Below, in pieces: positions 1 to 7,195 of a stretch of DNA of 64,000 nt. A program made the position numbers and the translations under genes. Within the stretch, counting starts at the first letter, position 1; every line of letters starts with the position of its first letter. The notes under the pieces are model-generated. The model saw only the letters and a list, made by a program, of their open reading frames with translations. It did no database searches and had not been told where the DNA came from. The DNA lies in assembly GCA_902606965.1 (NCBI GenBank), contig CACLIK010000001.1:10992-74991 (forward strand), written 5' to 3'. Source of the stretch: an uncultured marine group I thaumarchaeote (GTDB lineage Archaea > Thermoproteota > Nitrososphaeria > Nitrososphaerales > Nitrosopumilaceae).

Positions 1-1
1 T

Positions 2-193
2 ATTTTTGATGGAATATCTGGCATTAATGGTCATGCCTCATCTCCATTACCCAAGATAGATGCTATGAATGAATTTCTAAAATCTTTGGATATCACTTTT
101 CGAAGAGATGAGAAGAGCCAAAGGCCTAGAGTAAATAAGGAAAACAGTAGGTTGGATAAAACACAAAAAGCAGCAGCAAATTTCTATTATTAA
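2..193 (+). CDS. 3' end of a hypothetical protein (runs off window start)
   Basis: Open frame from nt 2 (IFDGISGINGHASSPLPKIDAMNEFLKSLDITFRRDE...NFYY*); its TAA overlaps the next ATG (TAATG). Not in the ORF track. Confidence 0.75.
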   Translation: MFDGISGINGHASSPLPKIDAMNEFLKSLDITFRRDEKSQRPRVNKENSRLDKTQKAAANFYY

Positions 194-1029
194 TGTCACG
201 AATGTTAAAAAAAACACTGGATTCGTTGCTAACTCCAAAAGAATCTGATGAGCTTATTTCCGCATTTGATCAAATTGGTAATATCATAATAGTAAGAATA
301 CCTGACTTGTTATTACCAAAGAAAAAACTGATTGGTGAAACGCTTTTGGAACAGGTAAAGAATGCCAAATCAGTTTTTTATCAATCATCCTCCGTTGAAG
401 GAGAATTTCGAACTAGAGATTTAGAAATATTAGCTGGAGAGGATAAAACAGAAACTGAATACAGGGAATCCGGATGCAGATTTATGGTAGATGTCAGAAA
501 AGCATTCTTTTCTCCAAGATTATCCTCAGAACGAACACGAATTGCTGAATTAGTGAGTGATGGAGAAGTAATAGTTAACATGTTTGGAGGAATTGGGATG
601 TTTTCGATCATTGCTGCAAAAAAGAAAAAATGCACCGTATATAATATTGACATCAATCCTGATGCAGCAGATTTTTGTCAAAAAAATATTGCCATAAATA
701 AACTAGCTGGAAACATAATATCAATTCATGGCGATGCATCAGATGTAATAAAAAACCAACTTGACAACAAATCTCATCGAACACTTATGCTGCTTCCTGA
801 AAAATCAGATGAGTTTTTAAACTCGGCAATTTTAGCGACAAAAAATAATGGTATAATTCATTACTATTCACATATTCATGCAGACAAAAAATCAGATGCG
901 GCAAAATTATCAGAACAACACTATTTGCAGGTTACACCAGCAAAATCTACAATACTAGGATCTAAAATAGTTAGACCTGTTGGCCCTAGATTCTATCAAA
1001 CTGTCGTTGACATAAAAATAGAAAAATAA
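193..1029 (+). CDS. Trm5/Taw-family SAM-dependent tRNA G37 (wyosine pathway) methyltransferase
   Basis: FDQIGNIIIV, ESGCRFMVDVRKAFFSPRLSSER, SAM motif NMFGGIGMF, DINP; lacks the N-terminal D1 domain. Confidence 0.85.
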   Translation: MSRMLKKTLDSLLTPKESDELISAFDQIGNIIIVRIPDLLLPKKKLIGETLLEQVKNAKSVFYQSSSVEGEFRTRDLEILAGEDKTETEYRESGCRFMVDVRKAFFSPRLSSERTRIAELVSDGEVIVNMFGGIGMFSIIAAKKKKCTVYNIDINPDAADFCQKNIAINKLAGNIISIHGDASDVIKNQLDNKSHRTLMLLPEKSDEFLNSAILATKNNGIIHYYSHIHADKKSDAAKLSEQHYLQVTPAKSTILGSKIVRPVGPRFYQTVVDIKIEK

Positions 1030-1031
1030 GA

Positions 1032-1256
1032 TTAGGTATCATCGTCTTGTATTATCGATGATGGGGACGATTTAGTTGTAGCCATCATATATCCTATCCA
1101 AGAAATTACTCCTAGAATTCCTCCAACAATCATTAAAAGTGACAATTGTAAAACAATTGGACTCCATTCTGATAACATTAGTAGATATGAGTATAGAAAA
1201 AATGCAGATATTGCTAGAACAAATACGATAATACCTTGAGCTTTACGTCTTGACAA
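1032..1256 (-). CDS. Small two-TM membrane protein, DPM2/PIG-P-like
   Basis: TTG start, two hydrophobic helices, WIGYMMATTK motif. Confidence 0.7.
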   Translation of the reverse strand: MSRRKAQGIIVFVLAISAFFLYSYLLMLSEWSPIVLQLSLLMIVGGILGVISWIGYMMATTKSSPSSIIQDDDT

Positions 1257-1291
1257 TGGGTAAAAATTAGCATCTAGTTATTTATTTGAAT

Positions 1292-1792
1292 CTAGCTAGC
1301 AAAATCAATAGCCATAACATATGCATCTTCACCATCACGATAATATGATTTTAATCGCTGAATTATAGAAAAATCCAGTTTCTCATATAATTTGACAGCC
1401 TCGGTGTTACTACATCTAACTTCTAAGTATAATTCAGAACATTGTCTGATTTTTACCCCCTTGACTGCCTCATCTACTAACACGCTGCCAAACCCTTTAC
1501 GCCTATGTTCATCTATCACCGCAATAGATACAACATGGCCTTTTTTTACGAAACCCAATTTTTTAAAATTTGAGAAACCGTGTTCGATCTTGCACATTAT
1601 GTATCCTACTATTTTACCAGAGATTTCAGCAACAATGAATGCCTCTGGTAATTCCTCAAGTAGGCTTTCATAAAAATAATCAGAATAGTGTTCGGGTAGT
1701 GTTCTAAGATTAATTTCCATTACAGGTATAATATCACTAAGTTCACATCTCCTAAGAATACAATCCCCAATTTGCTTCAGTATTACCTGCAT
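1292..1792 (-). CDS. ard1: N-terminal protein acetyltransferase (Ard1/RimI, GNAT)
   Basis: LPEHY, GHVVSIAV, RRKGFG, LEVRCSN, YYRDGEDAY; start trimmed to ATG 1792. Confidence 0.9.
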   Translation of the reverse strand: MQVILKQIGDCILRRCELSDIIPVMEINLRTLPEHYSDYFYESLLEELPEAFIVAEISGKIVGYIMCKIEHGFSNFKKLGFVKKGHVVSIAVIDEHRRKGFGSVLVDEAVKGVKIRQCSELYLEVRCSNTEAVKLYEKLDFSIIQRLKSYYRDGEDAYVMAIDFAS

Positions 1793-1868
1793 ATTTGTAA
1801 TCTGTACTTGGAAATATTTAATTTTAGAGTAAAAAAGCAATTAATGGAATATAATTGCGTGATAACTC

Positions 1869-2954
1869 ATGAGCGATATAACAGAGGATGAAGTGATCTC
1901 AAAAGTCTCTTCAATTTTTAGTGTTAAAGAGGTAATAACTAACACAAATGATATACAATTCAAGATAGAAGATACTAACTTCAAAAACAAATTTGTTGAT
2001 CTGGCTAGAGAACTCGAAGTTAGAAATTTTGTGCCACGTATTGAAAAATCTTTTGATGGAATAGATATTTTTGTAACCAGATTACCGAAAATCAAAAGAA
2101 AATGGTTGTCAAAATCATGGGTACCACGAATTCTTTTTGCAGTAACTGTCACTATGGTACTAATTGATGGTTATTTTAGAACTGATTTCGTTAATTCTCT
2201 GACGTTCATAGGAGATCCTTTTCAGATGTCAATTTTGTATGCATTTTCACTGATTGGTATTCTTGGTGTTCATGAGTCAGGACATCTTATTGCTGCAAGA
2301 AAGCATAAAATTAGAACAACTTGGCCATTTTTTATTCCAGGAGTACCAGTATTTGGAATACCAACATTTGGAGCATTAATCCAATCAAGAGGTCTTACAA
2401 TAAATCGAGACATCTTATTTGATGTAGCAATTGCTGGACCAATTGCTGGTTTAGTTATAGCTGTTATTGTTTGTATTTTTGGTGCATACACATCACCAGA
2501 AATTAGTAATGATCTAGCTGATGAACTATTCAAAGAATCCCAATTAATGAAAATGAATTTACCTATACTAATGTCAGTTTCGCTTGACATTTTTGATAAG
2601 GGTGGTGAAGATACAGAAGTGATTATGTCTCCAATTATGTTTGCTGCATGGTTAGGTTTTCTTATTACATTTTTGAATTTATTACCAGCATGGCAGTTAG
2701 ATGGTGGTCATATGGCAAGGGCTCTCTTTGGAAAAAAATGGCACCAGTATGCAACATATGCGAGTATGGGAGTTCTTGTTGTTTTAGGATACTGGTTTAT
2801 GGCATTGTTTATTCTATTGCTAAGTACAAGGAGTCAAGATGCAAAACCACTTGATGACATTTCTCCTTTAACTAAAAATAGGAAAAGAATGTTTATCGTT
2901 GTTGCAATTCTTGGAGTTTTATGTGCACCATTACCATCAGGTATTTTGCCTTAA
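1869..2954 (+). CDS. Site-2 intramembrane metalloprotease (M50)
   Basis: HESGH zinc motif, AGP, NLLPAWQLDGGH, multiple TM helices. Confidence 0.92.
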   Translation: MSDITEDEVISKVSSIFSVKEVITNTNDIQFKIEDTNFKNKFVDLARELEVRNFVPRIEKSFDGIDIFVTRLPKIKRKWLSKSWVPRILFAVTVTMVLIDGYFRTDFVNSLTFIGDPFQMSILYAFSLIGILGVHESGHLIAARKHKIRTTWPFFIPGVPVFGIPTFGALIQSRGLTINRDILFDVAIAGPIAGLVIAVIVCIFGAYTSPEISNDLADELFKESQLMKMNLPILMSVSLDIFDKGGEDTEVIMSPIMFAAWLGFLITFLNLLPAWQLDGGHMARALFGKKWHQYATYASMGVLVVLGYWFMALFILLLSTRSQDAKPLDDISPLTKNRKRMFIVVAILGVLCAPLPSGILP

Positions 2955-4028
2955 AAGAGTACGAGCCCCATCAGAGATTACTTCAACTTTTTGTTTTTGA
3001 CCTTGGTTTTTTAGTACATAATCCATTACCTGTTTAATACCATTAAACGATATCATGTTTAGTTTTTTTGAATAATGCGTTGGAAGTATAGATAATAAGC
3101 CAAATTGAAATTTCTTTTGCATTTCATTGATGTATAGAAGGTTTTCCATCCCGTCAATATACTGAGAAGGTTTTTTCAAATGTTCTATGTCAGTTCTTCC
3201 ATCTATCACGCTTTGAATACTATCTGAACCAATGCCAGATTTACATTCCGCCACTAATATTCCAAGACCGTCATTCTTTATCGCATCAGAACAGTTCCAC
3301 AGTGACGATAAAGATTTATTCAGTGTGCTATTGCTTGATTCCTTTCCTGTACTAATTATCATAGTTTTATGCTTTCCAATATCTTTTGTTGCATTAGATG
3401 TAAATGATTTTGACATGGAAGATGTAGATGATGGATGCCCAACTGATAAATCATCCATACCTTTTGAATTTGCTATGATCTCTATTCCAAGTATGTCAAA
3501 TTTTTCAGAAAATTTATTCGCAATTTGAAAATTTTCTACATCTTGGCCGGGTGATGGTAAATCACTCTTTCTTTTTTCATATGCTGAAAGCATCAACTCA
3601 TCACCAAATTTTTTTAACAATCTTGTGGCTATGGTTTCATATCCAAACAATCCATCAAATTCCATTTCGCCAAGAAAAACTAATTTTGAGTTAGAATCTA
3701 CTATGTTGGAAAATTCCGATATATGATCATATTCTGGGACATTATTTTTTATCGCATTCATTATTTGCCTGTCGGCCAGAATTGATGGTTTGGGAATTGA
3801 TTTTTCTTCATATCTTTCAAGTATAATTGATAATGTCTTTCTTACTGATTCTGATGAGTTAAGAATCACAAATTCTGTTGGTTTTGAAATATCGAGTGAT
3901 TCTAACTTTGCTTTAATTTCGGAGTCTGAGATAGTTTTCCCATCAGCATCTATTTTTTGCTCAAGATTTTCTGCCTTTATATCCAAGACCACATCTGTTG
4001 AACCATAATTTAACCATATTTCAGGCAT
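2937..4028 (-). CDS. LarA (lactate racemase/DUF2088)-like protein, divergent
   Basis: N-terminal IWLNYG and C-terminal GLGILVAECKSGIG / VISDG resemble LarA; catalytic motifs not recognisable. Confidence 0.55.
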   Translation of the reverse strand: MPEIWLNYGSTDVVLDIKAENLEQKIDADGKTISDSEIKAKLESLDISKPTEFVILNSSESVRKTLSIILERYEEKSIPKPSILADRQIMNAIKNNVPEYDHISEFSNIVDSNSKLVFLGEMEFDGLFGYETIATRLLKKFGDELMLSAYEKRKSDLPSPGQDVENFQIANKFSEKFDILGIEIIANSKGMDDLSVGHPSSTSSMSKSFTSNATKDIGKHKTMIISTGKESSNSTLNKSLSSLWNCSDAIKNDGLGILVAECKSGIGSDSIQSVIDGRTDIEHLKKPSQYIDGMENLLYINEMQKKFQFGLLSILPTHYSKKLNMISFNGIKQVMDYVLKNQGQKQKVEVISDGARTLLRQNT

Positions 4029-4078
4029 GATTTAGTCAAAACACAAACCAAAATAAATCCAGTTAAGTTAGATTTTGT

Positions 4079-4687
4079 ATGGAGTTTGTAAAAGAGTTTG
4101 CAACATTTTTGTACAAAAATGACATAATTAAATTTGGAAAATTTACCCTCGCTAGTGGAAAAGACAGTTCGTACTATATTGATCTAAGACTGGTACCTGG
4201 CTTTCCCCAGCAATTCAGAAAAATGATAAAAAACCTTCAAAATTTAATAATTGAAAAAATAGGTTTGGATAATTTCGATAGTTTGGCCTCTGTTCCAACA
4301 GGTGGTCTAGTGATAACATCTGCACTTGCAATTGAAACTGTTAAGCCATTAATTTACATTCGAAATAAACCCAAGGAGCATGGGACAACAAAATCTATTG
4401 AAGGTAAAATATCGTCAGGAATGAAAGTAGTAATGGTTGACGATGTTATGACCACTGGTACATCTGTCTTAAATGGAATAAAACAGCTCAAGGAATCAGA
4501 TTTATCAATTTCGGATGTCTTTGTTATCATAAACAGATTAGAGGGTGCTGACAAGGCATTTAATGATCTAGGAATACATGTACATCAACTAACAGACATA
4601 TTGGAGATCACCGATATTCTCTTTCAAGAAAAACTAATTACTAAAGAAACTTTTGAAAAAGTGAAAGAACAGATTAACCAGAATTAG
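4079..4687 (+). CDS. pyrE: Orotate phosphoribosyltransferase
   Basis: FGKFTLASGKDSSYYIDLR, RNKPKEHG, PRPP motif VVMVDDVMTTGTS. Confidence 0.95.
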   Translation: MEFVKEFATFLYKNDIIKFGKFTLASGKDSSYYIDLRLVPGFPQQFRKMIKNLQNLIIEKIGLDNFDSLASVPTGGLVITSALAIETVKPLIYIRNKPKEHGTTKSIEGKISSGMKVVMVDDVMTTGTSVLNGIKQLKESDLSISDVFVIINRLEGADKAFNDLGIHVHQLTDILEITDILFQEKLITKETFEKVKEQINQN

Positions 4688-5247
4688 GCGTTATACAACA
4701 TAAGATCTTTTTCTTCCAAAAGTGCATGTATATTATGTACAGATTTGTAAACATCACTTTCTTTTTTTGCGCCTGTACAAACTAGTTTGCCAGAGGCAAA
4801 CAATAACAACACAGTTTTTGGGTTTACCATCCTATGAATAAGCCCAGGAAATTGTTCAGGTTCATACATACTACGTGGTAATTTTCGTGCTGCTTGTTCA
4901 AGGTGAATCTTTCCGCCCAAACTGCCAGATGCAACTATGTTTTGAACCGTAATCACTGCATCTTTTTTTATTTTGATCTTACCTTTACGAAGCTTTTGTA
5001 CAACTGTACGAACAGCTTTTATTGACATATCTTCTGATTTTCCGCCAGTACAAACCATTTTTCCGGAACGGAAAATCAAAGTTGCTGTTTTAGGTGACGC
5101 CAATCTAAATACTAAACCTGGAAATTGGTCAGGATGCCATTCTGTATCTGGAAATTTTTTAGTGACATCTGCAAGATCAATTTGTTGATCAACTGATGCA
5201 GATGCTACAACATTTTCGATACTTACAATTGGTTTTGTTTGCGTCAT
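4684..5247 (-). CDS. tbp: TATA-box binding protein
   Basis: Two repeats ENVVAS..FPGLVFR..LIFRSGKMVCTG and QNIVAS..YEPEQFPGL..LLFASGKLVCTG. Confidence 0.97.
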   Translation of the reverse strand: MTQTKPIVSIENVVASASVDQQIDLADVTKKFPDTEWHPDQFPGLVFRLASPKTATLIFRSGKMVCTGGKSEDMSIKAVRTVVQKLRKGKIKIKKDAVITVQNIVASGSLGGKIHLEQAARKLPRSMYEPEQFPGLIHRMVNPKTVLLLFASGKLVCTGAKKESDVYKSVHNIHALLEEKDLMLYNA

Positions 5248-5255
5248 AATGAGGC

Positions 5256-5276
5256 TATATAAATAGGTCTTATATA
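5256..5276. promoter_or_regulatory. Pair of inverted TATA-like boxes upstream of tbp
   Basis: TATATAA-N7-TTATATA, 9-29 nt upstream of the tbp ATG. Confidence 0.55.
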
Positions 5277-5291
5277 CTACACTAAAATTTT

Positions 5292-5354
5292 GGCAGCTCA
5301 GACAAATGCCTTCACATCATTTTTCAGATATAACTCTGATTCTTCATTGCAGCC
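5292..5354 (-). ncRNA. Double-guide box C/D methylation sRNA (predicted targets 23S rRNA H69/H71)
   Basis: Minus strand reads GGCTGC-A-[C: ATGAAGA]-ATCAGAGTTATAT-[D': CTGA]-AAA-[C': ATGATGT]-GAAGGCATTTGT-[D: CTGA]-GCTGCC; terminal stem; TTTTAAAT about 23 nt upstream. Confidence 0.85.
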
Positions 5355-5394
5355 AATGAAATTAGCAATGCCTCTGATTTAAAATTAATTGAAG

Positions 5395-5468
5395 TGGGCC
5401 TGATGGGCTTCGATCCCGTGGCTCCCCGATTATGAGTCGGATACTCTACCAAGCTGAGTTACAGGCCC
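5395..5468 (-). tRNA. tRNA with CAT anticodon, most likely tRNA-Ile2 (agmatidine type)
   Basis: GGGCCTG/CAGGCCC acceptor, loop CTCATAA; G1-C72 GGGCC start resembles archaeal Ile tRNAs rather than initiator Met; atypical T-loop ATCGAAG. Confidence 0.85.
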
Positions 5469-5509
5469 TACGCAACAAAATATTTTGTCAGTAAAAAATG
5501 TTATAGGAT

Positions 5510-6145
5510 CTAGCAGTATTCTTCGTAGCAGCTGTCCAATAACAAGTTTTGGCAAGTTACAGAGCTTTCGGCAGCACTGATTACTTCGTGCTCATCTGAA
5601 GTAACTGAATCAATTAGTTTTTTCCACGATGCAGTATGTCTGATATCAGCTTCCATATGCTCCTTGAAGTACTTGGTCACATCTTCACTTGTTAAACCAT
5701 AAAATTCCGCTAGCCCTTCTAATTTAATTTGGCTTATTTTTGGTATTTCTTTTTCAAATGCATACATTGCGGCTGCGCCACTTTCCAGTGATCCCATTAG
5801 ATGATGCATCCCAGATATTGCATGATTTGTCTTATACAATCCATCGTGATTCAGTAAATCATTACGAGAAACGTCTAATCCGCTAGCAAATCTCTCCCAC
5901 ATACCAATATGAGAAAATTCTTCCTGTTGATGAAAATTGAACTCATCATACAAAGATGATGGTATATGATCCATTAATTGGGTCATAAATACTGGAACAG
6001 CCTTGACTAACTGGTAATACTCTTTAGAATATCCTGTTAAAGCCTCACGCGTTAGCTTTCCATCAGACCAAGCCTGATAGAATGGGTGATTTAACAAACT
6101 ACGTTCTTCTATAACGCGATCAATGTTTTGAATTAAGGAACTCAT
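5510..6145 (-). CDS. CADD/CT610-like heme-oxygenase-fold dimetal oxidase (PqqC/TenA superfamily), putative pABA synthase
   Basis: HPFYQAWSDGKL, YSKEYY, EE..H, YAFE..IP.I...K..GL, YF.EH..AD..H; alternative start at 6157. Confidence 0.8.
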   Translation of the reverse strand: MSSLIQNIDRVIEERSLLNHPFYQAWSDGKLTREALTGYSKEYYQLVKAVPVFMTQLMDHIPSSLYDEFNFHQQEEFSHIGMWERFASGLDVSRNDLLNHDGLYKTNHAISGMHHLMGSLESGAAAMYAFEKEIPKISQIKLEGLAEFYGLTSEDVTKYFKEHMEADIRHTASWKKLIDSVTSDEHEVISAAESSVTCQNLLLDSCYEEYC

Positions 6146-6176
6146 AATTTTAGCCAATTTTAGTGATAAAAAAATC

Positions 6177-6190
6177 TTTGTAGCTACAAA
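6177..6190. promoter_or_regulatory. Perfect 14-bp palindrome between divergent promoters
   Basis: TTTGTAGCTACAAA, flanked by TATA-like boxes for the CADD-like gene and tRNA-Glu. Confidence 0.45.
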
Positions 6191-6225
6191 AGAATTTTAT
6201 GGATTGGAGTAACGATCGGTTTTAT

Positions 6226-6300
6226 GCTCCTGTAGTGTAGTCCGGTCAAGCATTTAGGCCTTTCACGCCTGAGACTCGGGTTCGAATCCCGACGGGAGCA
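6226..6300 (+). tRNA. tRNA-Glu(TTC)
   Basis: GCTCCTG/CGGGAGC acceptor, anticodon arm TAGGC-CTTTCAC-GCCTG, GGTTCGAATCC. Confidence 0.96.
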
Positions 6301-6334
6301 TTCACGTTAATATATTTCTCATGGATATTGCAGA

Positions 6335-7195
6335 TTGAAAGTTTTGGAAAGAAAGAATTTGGAGATAAATCCGTTGCTTGAAAAATATGGTGAATATATT
6401 AAAAAAATTGATGAAACATTATCTTCAGAATTAGAATTATATACAGAATCTGAATTCAAGGATCCACTAAAATATGCATTAGATGGTGGTAAGCGAATTA
6501 GACCGACAATACTTCTCATGTCATCTAAATGTGTGGGTGAGATTGATGATAATGTTTTATCTGCTGCATGCGCAATTGAATTCCTTCATACAGAATCAGT
6601 TATTCACGATGACATAATTGATAATGAAACTATGCGAAGGCAAAAGGATCCGTTTCACATAAAATATGGCTATAACACCAGCGTTCTAACTGGTGATTTT
6701 GTTCTAGGATTAATCCTTAACATAGCTTCAAGAATCAATAATCCAAGAGTAACAAAAAACCTGGCTACCACTGCGATGATGATGAGTGAGGGAGAAGTAA
6801 TTGAAAGTAGACTTGAGGCAAGTGAGGATGTAACTTTTGATGACTATCTTAAGGTAATAGAATACAAAACCGCTATAGCTTTTGAAACTGCATCAAGATT
6901 GGGTGCGATAATTTCAGGAGGCACTGAAGAAGAGATTGAATCTTTAGCTGATTATGGTAAAAACATCGGAATTGCATATCAAATTAGAGATGATTTGCAT
7001 GACTGGAAGAATGAAGATAAGCTGTTTAATTTGTTAATCAAGAAAAGCTCGGATCCTAGAGATATTTTTGACAAGATGGAAGAATTGCTTAAAAAATATT
7101 CAGATAATGCTGTGTTTAGTATTAGAAAAATAAAAGATTCTCAAGCCAAAGATAATTTGGAAAATTTAGTTAGGTTTACTAGAACTACGGCATAA
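6335..7195 (+). CDS. Polyprenyl diphosphate synthase (GGPP-synthase family)
   Basis: GGKRIRP, FARM HDDIID..RR, GD, YKTA, SARM YQIRDDLHD; TTG start. Confidence 0.9.
   Translation: MKVLERKNLEINPLLEKYGEYIKKIDETLSSELELYTESEFKDPLKYALDGGKRIRPTILLMSSKCVGEIDDNVLSAACAIEFLHTESVIHDDIIDNETMRRQKDPFHIKYGYNTSVLTGDFVLGLILNIASRINNPRVTKNLATTAMMMSEGEVIESRLEASEDVTFDDYLKVIEYKTAIAFETASRLGAIISGGTEEEIESLADYGKNIGIAYQIRDDLHDWKNEDKLFNLLIKKSSDPRDIFDKMEELLKKYSDNAVFSIRKIKDSQAKDNLENLVRFTRTTA

Noticed and set aside
5510-6157. PqqC / PQQ biosynthesis assignment
   Set aside because: No other pqq genes nearby, and the residue pattern fits CADD better
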